Origin: Malacoraja senta | Lineage: Eukaryota | Reading direction: 5' to 3' | Length of the DNA stretch: 64,000 nt | Assembly (NCBI GenBank): GCA_038087875.1 | Contig: JAXLNO010000620.1 | Location: 1 to 64,000, forward strand | Shown here: positions 50,625-63,000 of the stretch, piece after piece | How positions within the stretch are numbered: position 1 is the first letter of the stretch | How the letters are laid out: every line of letters starts with the position of its first letter | Translations under genes and position numbers: made by a program | The notes under the pieces: model-generated | Seen by the model: the letters and a program-made list of their open reading frames with translations, nothing else | Told to the model about the DNA's origin: nothing | The model's database searches: none

Positions 50625-51912
50625 TATGAAAGGTAAATCATGTCTGACGAATCTTATAGAATTTTTCGAGGATGTAACTTGTAGAGTGGATAAGGGAGAA
50701 CCAGTGGATGTGCTACATCTGGGCTTTCAGAAGGCTTTCGACAAGATCCCACATAAGAGATTAGTATACAAACTTAAAGCACACGGTATTGGGGGTTCAG
50801 TATTGATGTGGATAGAGAACTGGCTGGCAAACAGGAAGCAAAGAGTAGGAGTAAACAGCTCCTTTTCAGAATGGCAGGCAATGACTAGTGGGGTTCCGCA
50901 AGGCTCAGTGCTGGGACCCCAGCTATTTACAATATATATTAATGATTTGGACGAGGGAATTGAATGCAACATCTCCAAGTTTGCGGATGACACGAAGCTG
51001 GGGGGCAGTGTTAGCTGTGGGGAGGATGCTAGGAGGCTGCAAGGTGACTTGGATAGGCTGGGTGAGTGGGCAAATGCATGGCAGATGCAGTATAATGTGG
51101 ATAAATGTGAGGTTATCCACTTTGGTGGCAAAAACAGGAAAGTAGACTATTATCTGAATGGTGGCCGATTAGGAAAAGGGGAGATGCAACGAGACCTGGG
51201 TATCATGGTACACCAGTCATTGAAAGTAGGCATGCAGGTGCAGCAGGCAGTGAAGAAAGCGAATGGTATGTTAGCAATCATAGCAAAAGGATTTGAGTAT
51301 AGGAGCAGGGAGGTTCTACTGCAGTTGTACAGGGTCTTGGTGAGACCACACCTGGAGTATTGCGTACAGTTTTGGTCTCCTAATCTGAGGAAAGACATTC
51401 TTGCCATAGAGGGAGTACAGAGAAGGTTCACCAGACTGATTCCTGGGATGTCAGGACTTTCATATGAAGAAAGACTGGATAGACTTGGCTTGTACTCGCT
51501 AGAATTTAAAAGATTGAGGGGGGATCTCATAGAAACGTACAAAATTCTTAAGGGGTAGGACAGGCTAGATGCAGGAAGATTGTTCCCGATGTTGGGGAAG
51601 TCCAGAACAAGGGGTCACAGTTTAAGGATAATGGGGAAATCTTTTAGGACCGAGATGAGAAAAACATTTTTCACACAGAGAGTGGTGAATCTCTGGAATT
51701 CTCTGCCACAGAAGGTAGTTGAGGCCAGTTCATTGGCTATATTTAAGAGGGAGTTAGATGTGGCCCTTGTGGCTAAAGGGATCAGGGGGTATGGAGAGAA
51801 GGCAGGTACAGGATACTGAGTTGGATGATCAGCCATGATCATATTGAATGGCGGTGCAGGCTCGAAGGGCCGAATGGCCTACTCCTGCATCTATTGTCTA
51901 TTCTCTATTGTC
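50625..51912 (+). mobile_element. CR1 LINE, 5'-truncated within RT
   Basis: ORF 50581-51558 (QGSVLGP, FADD) and 51580-51819, separated by a premature stop. Confidence 0.92.
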
Positions 51913-52223
51913 TAAGACATGTGGTTTTGTAGGATAATTGGACTCTGTAGATTATCGCTGGTGTAGAGGATCGAACGAGTGTGAATGGGTGATTGCTGGT
52001 CGGCGTGGACTTGGTGGCCCCCGTAGAAGTTTGTTACAAAACGTGAAGTAAAATACTCTGAAGATGGTCTGAAGAAGGGTTTCGGCCCGAAACGTTGCCT
52101 ATTTCCTTCGCTCCATAGATGCTGCCGCACCCACTGAGTTTCTCCAGCAATTTTGTCTACCTTTGATTTTCCAGCATCTGCAGTTCCTTCTTAAACAAGT
52201 ACAATACTCTACTCTTTTAACAG

Positions 52224-52295
52224 GTCGGCCTCCAACATCCACAGTAACTGAGACAATGCGCTTGGCTGTGACACCGACCAACATGTCTAAGACAG
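52224..52295 (+). CDS. Stalk exon, 72 nt (GRPPTSTVTETMRLAVTPTNMSKT)
   Basis: Acceptor ctctactcttttaacag, consensus donor CAG|GTGAGT, phase 1-1. Confidence 0.85.
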
Positions 52296-53479
52296 GTGAG
52301 TCTGCATGACCCATCAACACCCTGAAACAATTACTCAAACTCACAAGGCCATAAGTGACAGGAGCAAAATTAGGCCACCATCCAATCATGGCTTATCCCG
52401 GGACTGTCATGTGCTGAGAGAATGGAGCGGCTGGGCTTGTGTACTTTGGAGTTTATAAGGATGAGAGGGCATCTTATTGAAACATATAAGATTATTAAGG
52501 GTTTGGACACGCTAGAGGCAGGAAACATGTTCCCGATGTTGGGGGAGACCAGAACCAGGGGCCACACAGTTTAGGAATAAGGGGTAAGCCATTTAGAACG
52601 GAGATGAGGAAACACTTTTTCACCCAGAGAGTTGTGAGTCTGTGGAAATCTCTGCCTCAGAGGGCGGAGGAGGCAGGTTCTCTGGATACTTTCAAGAGAG
52701 GGCTAGATAGGGCTCTTAAAGATAGCGGAGTCAGGGGATATGGGGAGAAGGCAGGAACTGGGTACTGATTGGGGATGATCAGCCATGATCACATTGAATG
52801 GCGGTGCTGGCTCGAAGGGCCGAATGGCCTACTCCTGCACCTATTGTCTTTTGATCTATCTCTCCCTCCCAACCCATTCTCCTGCCTTCTCCCCATAACC
52901 CCTGACACCCCGTACTAACCAAGGATCCATCTATCTCTGACTTAAAAATACCCACTGACTTGGCTATCAGTGGCAAAGAATTCCACTGATTCAAGATCCT
53001 CTGACTAAAGAAATTCCTCCTCATCTCCTTCCTAAAGGAATGCCCTTTAATTCTGAGGTGATGTCCTCTAGTCCTAGACTCTGCCACTGGTGGAATTATG
53101 AAGAGAAGGCAGGAGAATGCGGTTGAGAGGGAAAGATACATCAGCCATGATTGAATAACGGAATAGACTTGATGGGGCCGAATGGTCTAATTCTGCTCCT
53201 GTAAGTTACGGACTTATGAGCACCAGAGACCTGGGTTCAATCCTGATCTCAGGTGCTGTCCATGTGGAGTTTGCACGTTATCCGTGTGAGTTTTCTCCCG
53301 GTACTCTGGTTTCCTCCCACATCCTGCGCGGAGTTTGCGCGTTCTCCCCGTGACCTGCGTGGGTTTCCTCCGAGGTCTTCGGTTTCCTCCCACATTCCTA
53401 AGACGTACGGGTTTGCAGGTTAATTGGCTTGGTATAAATGTAAAAACTGACCCCAGGGGGCGTAGGATAGTAGGATAAT

Positions 53480-53965
53480 GTCACGATCAGGTTTGGGAAC
53501 AGCTCTGCCCAGGACAAGAAGGCTCTGCAGAGAGTAGTGCGTTCGGCCGAACGCACCATGGGAACTACACTCGCCCCCCTGCAGGAACTATACACCAGGA
53601 GGTGCAGATCCAGAGCCAGCAACATTATGGGGGACCCCTTCCACCCCAGCAACGGACTGTTCCAGCTGCTACGGTCAGGCAAACGCCTCCGTTGCCATGC
53701 TGTGAGAACGGAGAGGATGAGAAGGAGTTTCTTCCCAGAGGCCATTAGGACTGTGAACTCTGACCTCACCAGGGACTAACTTTACTGAACCAATTTAATG
53801 TTATGTGGTGTCGTTTTAAAATCGCTGTTTTCTTTCCTTTTTTTTCCCTCCCTCCCGCCCACAATTATGTAATATGTGAATATGTGATTCTGTTCCATTT
53901 TGTTTGTAGTTTGTTTGTTTTTTTGCACAATTCGCGAGCATTGCCACTTTTCATTTCACGGCACA
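53480..53965 (+). mobile_element. Rex1/Babar-type LINE 3' fragment (second subfamily)
   Basis: RSAERTMGTTL..LQELY..RC.SRA..I..DP.HP...LF.LL.SGKR translation. Confidence 0.7.
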
Positions 53966-53967
53966 TC

Positions 53968-54650
53968 TCGTCAAGTCAAGTCAAGTCACATTTATTTATA
54001 TAGCACATTTAAAAAACAACTCTCGTTGGCCAAAGTGCTTTACATTTGTTATAAGAATAGCACAAACAAAACAAACTACATACATATATACATGTATCCC
54101 TCGCTCAGAGCACGTCAGGAAAGGCTTGGGAGTATAGATAAGTCTTTAGTCTTGACTTAAAGGAGTCGATGGAGGGGGCAGTTCTGATGGGAAGGGGGAT
54201 GCTGTTCCACAGTCTAGGGGCTGCAACCGCAAAGGCGCGGTCGCCCCTGAGCTTATGCCTAGACCGCGGGATATTCAGCAACCCCAAGTCGGCCGATCTG
54301 AGGGGCCTGGAGGTGGAGTGGTGGGTGAGAAGACTTTTTATGTAGGTGGGGGCAAGCCCATTGAGGGCTTTGTAGACATGGAGGAGGATCTTGAAGTTTA
54401 TACGGAACCGCACAGGGAGCCAGTGGAAAGAGGCCAGGATCGGGGTGAAGTGGTCCCTTTTTCGGGTGCCCGTCAGGAGTCTTGCTGCGGCGTTTTGGAC
54501 CAGTTGCAGGCGGGACAGGGAAGATTGGCTGATGCCAGTGTAAAGGGAGTTGCAGTAATCTAGGCGGGAGGAGATGAATGTGTGGATGATCTTTTCGAGG
54601 TCATCAAACTGGAGGAATTGTTTTATTTTAGCTATCGTCCGAAGCTGAAA
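53968..54650 (-). mobile_element. L2-clade LINE 3' fragment
   Basis: RINFKILLHVYKALNGLAPTYI...GDRAFAVAAPRLWNSIP...FKSRLKTYL; (TGACT)n tail. A short tail copy lies at about 32570-32800(+). Confidence 0.85.
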
Positions 54651-56530
54651 CTGAAGAATGTAAAAAGAATATTAAGAAAGAAATTAGAAAAGCTAAAAGA
54701 AGATATGAGGTTGCTTTGGCAAGTAAGGTGAAAGTAAATCCAAAGGGTTTCTACAGCTATATTAATAGCAAAAGGATAACAAGGAATAAAATTGGTCCAT
54801 TAGAGAGTCAGAGTGGACAGCTATCTGCAGAGCCAAAAGAGATGGGGGAGATACTGAACAATTTCTTTTCTTCGGTATTCACCAAGGAGAAGGATATGGA
54901 ATTATGTGAGGTAAGGGAAACAAGCAGAGTAGCAATGGAAACTATGAGATTCAAAGAAGAGGAGGTGCGGACACTTTTGAAAAATATGAAAACGGATAAG
55001 TCTCCAGGTCCTGACAGGATATTCCCTCGGACATTGAGGGAAGTTAGTGTAGAAATAGCAGGGGCTATGAGAGAAATATTTCAAATGTCATTAGAAACGG
55101 GAATAGTGCCGGAGGATTGGCGTACTGCGCATATTGTTCCGTTGTTTAAAAAGGGTTCTAAGAGTAAACCTAGCAATTATAGACCTGTTAGTTTGACGTC
55201 AGTGGTGGGCAAATTAATGGAAAGGATACTTAGAGATAATATATATAAGCATCTGGATAAACAGGGGTTGATTAGGAACAGTCAACATGGATTTGTGCCT
55301 GGAAGGTCATGTTTGACTAATCTTCTTGAATTTTTTGAAGAGGTTACTCGGGAAATTGATGAGGGTAAAGCCATGGATGTAGTATATATGGACTTCAGTA
55401 AGGCCTTTGACAAGGTTCCTCATGGAAGTTTGGTTAAGAAGGTTCAATGGTTGGGTATTAATGGTGGAGTAGCAAGATGGATTCAACAGTGGCTGAATGG
55501 GAGATGCCAGAGAGTAATGGTGGATGGCTGTTTGTCAGGTTGGAGGCCGGTGGCTAGTGGGGTGCCTCAGGGGTCTGTGTTGGGTCCACTGTTGTTTGTC
55601 ATGTACATCAATGATCTGGATGATGGTGTGGAAAATTGGATTAGTAAGTATGCAGATGATACTAAGATAGGTGGTGTGGTGGATAATGAAGTAGATTTTC
55701 AAAGTCTACAGAGAGATTTAGGCCATTTGGAAGAGTGGGCTGAAAGATGGCAGATGGAATTTAATGCTGACAAATGTGAGGTGCTACATCTCGGCAGGAC
55801 AAATCAAAATAGGACGTACATGGTAAATGGTAGAGAATTGAGGAATGCAGTTGAACAGAGGGATCTAGGAATAACTGTGCATAGTTCCCTGAAGGTGGAA
55901 TCTCATGTAGATAGGGTGGTAAAGAAAGCTTTTGGGGTGCTGGCCTTTATAAATCAGAGCATTGAATATAGAAGTTGGGATGTAATGTTAAAATTGTACA
56001 AGGCATTGGTGAGGCCAATTCCGGAGTATGGAGTACAATTTTGGCCGCCTAATTATAGGAAGGATGTCAACAAAATAGAGAGAGTACAGAGGAGATTTAC
56101 TAGAATGTTGCCTGGGTTTCAGCAACTAAGTTACAGAGAAAGGTTGAACAAGTTAGGTCTTTATTCTTTGGAGCGCAGAAGGTTAAGAGGGGACTTGATA
56201 GAGGTCTTTAAAATTATGAGCGGGTTAGACAGAGTTGACGTGGATACGTTTTTTCCATTGAGAGTAGGGAAGATTCAAACAAGGGGACATGACTTGAGAA
56301 TTAAGGGACAGAAGTTTAGGGGTAACATTCGGGGGAACTTCTTTACTCAGAGAGTGGTAGCTGTGTGGAATGAGCTTCCAGTGGAAGTGGTGGAGGCTGG
56401 TTCGATTTTATCCTTTAAAAATAGATTGGATGGGTATATGGACGGGAAAGGAATGGAGGGTTATGGTCTGAGTGCAGGTAGATGGGACTAGTGGGAAGTT
56501 TTTTTTTATTTTATTTTTTTTAAATTTTTT
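54651..56530 (+). mobile_element. CR1 LINE, 5'-truncated, with uninterrupted 591-aa RT ORF (54716-56491)
   Basis: KSPGPD, NYRPVSLTS, QHGF, DFSKAFD, QGSVLGP and YADD motifs; endonuclease domain absent. Confidence 0.94.
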
Positions 56531-56804
56531 TTAAATTATTATTATAAGGGGCCTGTTTCCGTGCTGTATCTCTAAACTAAATCCTATCACTTGCTGACCT
56601 ACCTTCTACCTTATTGGAGATCCTCAGATGATCTTTAATTGGAATTTACTGGAGTTTATCCTGCACTAAATGATCTTTCCTTTACCCTGTATCTGTCCAC
56701 TGGGGACAGCTTGATTGTAATTGTGTATAATCTTCCGCTGGCTGGTTAGCACGCAACAAAAACCGGTACACGTGATCATAATAATACACTAAACTAAACC
56801 AAAT

Positions 56805-57580
56805 GACGGGATCCCACCACTGGCCACATCTTCCCATCTCCTCCCCTGTCTGCTTTCCGCAGAGACTGCTCCCTCCGTAACTCCCTGGTCAATTTGTCCC
56901 TTCCCACCCAAACCACCCCCTGCCCTGGTACTTTCCCTTGCAACTGCAGGAAATGCTACACTTGTCGCTTTACCTCCCCCCTTGACTCCATCCAAGGACC
57001 CAAGCTGTCTTTCCAGGTGAGGCAGAGGTTCACCTGCACCTCCTCCAACCCTCATCTGTTGCATCCGCTGCTCTAGATGTCAGCTGCTCTACATCGGTGA
57101 GACCAAGCGCAGGCTCGGCGATCGCTTCGCCCAACACCTCCGCTCGGTTCGCAATAACCACCCTGATCTCCCGGTGGCTCAGCACTTCAACTCCCCCTCC
57201 CATTCTGAATCCGACCTTTCTGTCCTGGGCCTCCTCCATGGTCAGAGGGAGTCCCACCGCAAATTGGAGGAGCAGCACCTCATATTCCGCTTGGGCAGTT
57301 TACACCCCAGGGGTATGAACATTGACTTCTCCAATTTCAGGTAGTCCCTGCTTTCTCCCTCCTTCCCCTCCCCTTCCCAGCTCTCCCACAGCCCACTGTC
57401 TCCGCCTCTTCCTTTCTTCTTCCCGCCCCCCCCCCCCACCCCCACATCAGTCTGAAGAAGGGTCTCGACCCGAAACGTCACCTATTCCTTTGCTCCATAG
57501 ATGCTGCCTCACCCGCTGAGTTTCTCCAGCATTTTTGTCTACCTTCAATTTTTCCAGCGTCTGCAGTTCCTTCTTAAACA
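56805..57580 (+). mobile_element. Penelope-like element 3' fragment (Neptune-like: Cys-rich linker CNCRKCYTC before GIY-YIG)
   Basis: ORF 56894, frameshifted into the GIY-YIG region; complete terminal repeat. Confidence 0.85.
57452..57479 (+). ncRNA. Minimal hammerhead ribozyme-like motif in the Penelope terminal repeat (representative copy)
   Basis: CUGAAGA-A-[GGGU-CUCG-ACCC]-GAAA-CGUC: both catalytic core boxes, stem II, palindromic ACGU stem III and a GUC triplet. Confidence 0.65.
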
Positions 57581-58453
57581 CGAACCAAATGATGTGCGTG
57601 TCAGTAGGTTCATTTATCTCTCTAGTTTAGAGATGCATTGTGGGCAAAAAAACCCTTCGGCACACGGACTCCATGCTGACCCGCGATCGCCTGTTCACAC
57701 CAGTTCTATCCTACACACTCCCGACAATATTACCGAAGCCAATTAACTGACAAACCTGCACTCGTCCGTTGAATGTGGGAGGAAACCGGAGCACCCGGAG
57801 AAAATCCACGCAGGTCACGGGGAGAAGGTACAAACTCCGTACAGACAGCACCCGTAGTCGGGATCGATCCTGGTTCTCTGGCGCTGTGAGGCAGCAACTC
57901 TACCGCTGCGTCACCGTGCCGCTCTGTAATTGCCCCCAGTGTGTAGACTGGTAATAGAATCTGGGGAGGTGAGCGGGGGTGGAGAGATTGATGAGAATGT
58001 GTGGAGAATTAAAAAATGGGTTTAAGGCAAGATTAAGGTGGCACGTTGGCGTAGCGGGAGAGTTGCTGCCTCACAGCGCCAGAGACCCGGGTTCGATCCC
58101 CACTACGGGTGCTGGAGTTTGTACGTTCTCCCCGTGACCTGCGCGGGTTTTCTCCGGGATCTTCGGTTTCCTCCCACAACTCCAAAGGCGCGCAGGTTTG
58201 CAGGTTAATTGGCTTGGTGTAAATGTAAAATTGTCCCCCGTGTTTGTAGGATAGTGTCAATGTGCGGGGATCGCTGGTCGGCGCGGACTCGGTCAAGGGC
58301 CTGTTTTTGGCCTCTAAACTGAACTAAACTAAACTAGAGTGAATGGATTGCTGGTAGCCAGTATGGACTTATTGGGCCGAATGGACTGGTTCCGTGCTGT
58401 GTCCCTCTATGATCCACGAACAATCTCTTGAACCTTTCTTTTCTTTTCCGCAG

Positions 58454-58525
58454 AGTCACCTGCCGTTTCCATTCCCTCTGAAGAAGGTGTATCAGCTGAA
58501 CAGGTCAACAACCCATCAGAAACAG
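58454..58525 (+). CDS. Stalk exon, 72 nt (ESPAVSIPSEEGVSAEQVNNPSET)
   Basis: Long polypyrimidine tract cctttcttttcttttccgcag, donor CAG|GTGGGA, phase 1-1. Confidence 0.8.
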
Positions 58526-58551
58526 GTGGGAACAACAACCCCCCCCTTTGA

Positions 58552-59335
58552 AATCAAGAGAGGTTATTGTCAAGTGTCCCAGATAGGACAATGAGATTCT
58601 TGCTTTGCTTCAGCACAACAGAATATTGTAGGCATGAATACAAAACGGATCAGTGTGTCCATATACCATTATATAAATATATACACATGAATAAATAAAC
58701 AAAGTGCAAATAAACAGATAATGGGCTATTAATGTTCAGAGTTTTGTTTGAGTTGAGTTTAATAGCCTGATGGCTGTGGGGAAGGTGCTATTCCTGAACC
58801 TGGATGTTGCAGTCTTCAGGCTCCTGTACCTTCTACCTGAGGGTAGCGGGGAGATGAGTGTGTGGCCAGGATGGTGTGGGTCCTTGATGATGCTGTCAGC
58901 CTTTTTGAGGCAGCGACTGCGATCGATCCCCTCGATGGTGGGGACGTCAGAGCCGATGATGGACTGGGCAGTGGTCACAACTTTTTGCAGCCTTTTCCGC
59001 TCCTGGGCGCTCAAGTTGCCGAACCAAGCCACGATGCAACCGGTCAGCATGCTCTCTACTGTGCACCTGTAGAAGTTCGAGAGAGTGCTCCTTGACAAGC
59101 CGACTCTCCGTAATCTTCTCAGGAAGTAGAGGCGCTGATGTGCTTTCTTTATGATTGCATCAGTGTGCTGGGACCAGGAGAGATCTTCAGAAATATGCAC
59201 GCCCAGGAATTTGAAGCTCTTGACCCTTTCCACCATCGACCCGTTGATATAAACGGGACTATGGGTCCCTATCCTACCCCTTCCAAAGTCCACAATCAGT
59301 TCCTTGCTTTTGCTGGTGTTGAGGGCCAGGTTATT
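58552..59335 (-). mobile_element. Rex1/Babar-type LINE 3' fragment
   Basis: ORF 58736-59371, same family as 20126; starts about 25 nt after the donor of the last detected exon. Confidence 0.82.
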
Positions 59336-60026
59336 AAATGTCAGGGATATCTTAGCCTCCAGCAGAAACAAATATTTCCCAGTCTTTCAGAATGGAGATA
59401 CGCCATTTTCTCAAGCTTTTGTGGGCAGCATGGTGGCGCAGCGGTAGAGTTGCTGCCTTACAGCACCTGAGACCCGGATTTGACCCTGACCACGGGTGCT
59501 CTTTGTAAGGAGTTTGCACGCGCCCTAGTGAGACCACACCTGGAGTATTGTGTGCAGTTTTGGTCTCCTAATTTGAGGAAGGACATTCTTGCTATTGAGG
59601 GAGTGCAGCGTCGGTTCACCAGGTTAATTCCCGGGATGGCGGGACTGTCATATGCTGAGAGAATGGAGCGGCTGGGCTTGTACACTCTGGAGTTTAGAAG
59701 GATGAGAGGATCTTATTGAAACATGTAAGATTATTAAGGGTTTGGACACGCTAGAGGCAGGAAACATGTTCCCGATGTTGGGGGAGTCCAGAACCAGGGG
59801 CCACACAGTTTAGGAATAAGGGGTAAGCCATTTAGAACGGAGACGAGGAAACACTTTTTCACACAGGGAGTGGTGAGTCTGTGGAATTCTCTGCCGACAC
59901 CTAGAGCAGCGGATGCAATAGATGAGGTTGGAGGAGGTGCAGGTGAACCTCTGCCTCACCTGGAAAGACGGCTTGGGTCCTTGGATGGAGTCGGGGGGGG
60001 GGAGGTAAAGCGACAAGTGTAGCATT

Positions 60027-63000
60027 GAGGGACTCAAATAGAGAATGCTATTAGACAGTGTGTGAGGCAGGAGGCAGAGAAGGAAAGCACTCAGACCCAA
60101 CATGTAGGGGGGAAAGAAGAAAACAATAATAAACAGAGAATAAGAGGTGGTGGGGTTCTTAAATGGGTGAGCAGAGAAACAGAGGGGTGTAAAATGCGGG
60201 CGGAAGCAATAGGTAGCAAGGTGAAAGGTAAAAGTGGCAGGCAGACAAATCCAGGGCAAAAATCAAAAAGAGCCACTTTTCAACATAATTGTATAAGGGG
60301 TAAGAGCGTTGTAAAAACAAGCCTGAAGGCTTTGTGTCTCAATGCAAGGAGCATTCGTAATAAGGTGGATGAGTTGAACGTGCAGATAGCAATTAATGAT
60401 TATGATATAGTTGGGATCACGGAGACATGGCTCCAAGGTGACCAAGGCTGGGAGCTGAACATCCAGGGATATTCAATATTCAGGAGGGATAGAGAGAAAG
60501 GAAAAGGAGGTGGGGTGGCGTTGCTGGTTAGAGAGGAGATTAACGCAGTGGAAAGGAAGGACATTAGCTTGGAGGATGTGGAATCGGTATGGGTAGAGCT
60601 GCGAAACACTAAGGGGCAGAAAACGCTGGTGGGCGTTGTGTACAGGCCACCTAGCAGTAGTAGTGAAGTTGGGGATGGCATCAAACAGGAAATTAGAAAT
60701 ACGTGCAACAAAGGCAAAACAGTTATAATGGGTGACTTCAATCTACATATAGATTGGGTGAATCAAATTGGCAGGGGTGCTGAGGAAGAGGATTTCTTGG
60801 AATGTATGAGGGATAGTTATCTAAACCAACATGTAGAGGAACCAACGAGAGAGCAGGCTATTCTAGACTGGGTATTGAGTAATGAGGAAGGGTTAGTTAG
60901 CAGACTTGTTGTGCGTGCCCCCTTGGGCAAGAGTGATCATAATATGGTTGAGTTCTTCATTAGGATGGAGAGTGACATTGTTAATTCAGAAACAACGGTT
61001 CTGAACTTAAAGAAAGGTAACTTTGAGGGTATGAGACGTGAATTGGCCAAGATTGACTGGCAATTAGTTCTAAAAGGGTTGACGGTGGATATGCAATGGA
61101 AGGCATTTAAAGACTGCATGGATGAACTACAAAAATTGTTCATCCCAGTTTGGCAAAAGAATAAATCAAGGAAGGTAGTGCATCCGTGGATAACAAGGGA
61201 AATCAGGGATAGTATCAAAGCAAAAGATGATGCGTACAAATTAGCCAGAAAAAGCAGCATACCAGAGGACTGGGAGAAATTCAGAGACCAGCAGAGGAGG
61301 ACAAAGGGCTTAATTAGGAAAGGGAAAATAGATTATGAAAGGAAACTGGCAGGGAACATAAAAACTGACTGCAAAAGTTTTTATAGATATGTGAAGAGAA
61401 AGAGATTAGTTAAATCAAATGTAGGTCCCTTGCAGTCAGAAACAGGTGAATTGATCATGGGGAACAAGGATATGGCAGACCAATTGAATAACTACTTTGG
61501 TTCCGTCTTCACTAAGGAAGACATAAATAATCTGCCGGAAATAGCAGGGGGCCGCGGGTCAAAGGAGATGGAGGAACTGAGTGAAATCCAGGTTAGTCGG
61601 GAAGTGGTGTTGGGTAAATTGAATGGATTAAAGGCCGATAAATCACCAGGGCCAGATAGGCTGCATCCCAGAGTACTTAAGGAAGTAGCTCCAGAAATAG
61701 TGGATGCATTAGTGATAATTTTTCAAAACTCTTTAGATTCTGGAGTAGTTCCTGAGGATTGGAGGGTAGCAAACGTAACCCCACTTTTTAAGAAGGGAGG
61801 GAGAGAGAAAACGGGGAATTACAGACCAGTTAGTCTAACATCGGTAGTGGGGAAACTGCTAGAGTCAGTTATTAAAGATGGGATAGCAGCACATTTGGAA
61901 AGTGGTGAAATCATTGGACAAAGTCAGCATGGATTTACGAAAGGTAAATCGTGTCTGACGAATCTTATAGAATTTTTCGAGGATGTAACTAGTAGAGTGG
62001 ATAGGGGAGAACCAGTGGATGTGTTGTATCTGGACTTTCAGAAGGCTTTCGACAAGGTACCACATAAGAGATTAGGATACAAACTTAAATCACACGGTAT
62101 TGGGGGTTCAGTATTGATGTGGATAGAGAACTGGATGGCAAACAGGAAGCAAAGAGTAGGAGTAAACGGGTCCTTTTCACAATGGCAGGCAGTAACTAGT
62201 GGGGTACCACAAGGCTCAGTGCTGGGACCCCAGCTATTTACAATTTATATTAATGATCTGGACGAGGGAATTGAAAGCAACATCTCCAAGTTTGCGGATG
62301 ACACTAAGCTGGGGGGCAGTGTTAGCTGTGAGGAGGATGCTAGGAGACTGCAAGGTGACTTGGATAGGCTGGGTGAGTGGGCAAATGTTTGGCAGATGCA
62401 GTATAATGTGGATAAATGTGAGGTTATCCACTTTGGTAGCAAAAACGGGAAGGCAGACTATTATCTAAATGGTGGCCGATTAGGAAATGGGGAGATGCAG
62501 CGAGACCTGGGTGTCATGGTACACCAGTCATTGAAAGTAGGCATGCAGGTGCAGCAGGCAGTGAAGAAAGCGAATGGTATGTTGGCCTTCATAGCAAGAG
62601 GATTTGAGTATAGGAGCAGGGAGGTTCTACTGCAGTTGTACAGGGTCTTGGTGAGACCACACCTGGAGTATTGCGTACAGTTTTGGTCTCCAAATCTGAG
62701 GAAGGACATTATAGCCATAGAGGGAGTGCAGAGAAGGTTCACCAGACTGATTCCTGGGATGTCAGGACTTTCATATGAAGAAAGACTGGATAGACTTGGC
62801 TTATACTCGCTAGAATTTATTGAGAGGGGATCTTATAGAAACGTACAAGATTCTTATGGGGATGGACAGGCTAGATGCAGGAAGATTGTTCCCGATGTTG
62901 GGGAAGTCCAGGACAAGGGGTCACAGCTTAAGGATAAGGGGGAAATCCTTTAAAACCGAGATGAGGAAAAACTTTTTCACACAGAGAGTGGTGAATCTCT

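Noticed and set aside
54716..62953. Long RT ORFs as a domesticated or novel reverse-transcriptase system
   Set aside because: Ordinary 5'-truncated CR1 ORF2 copies with typical tails and many siblings in the window.
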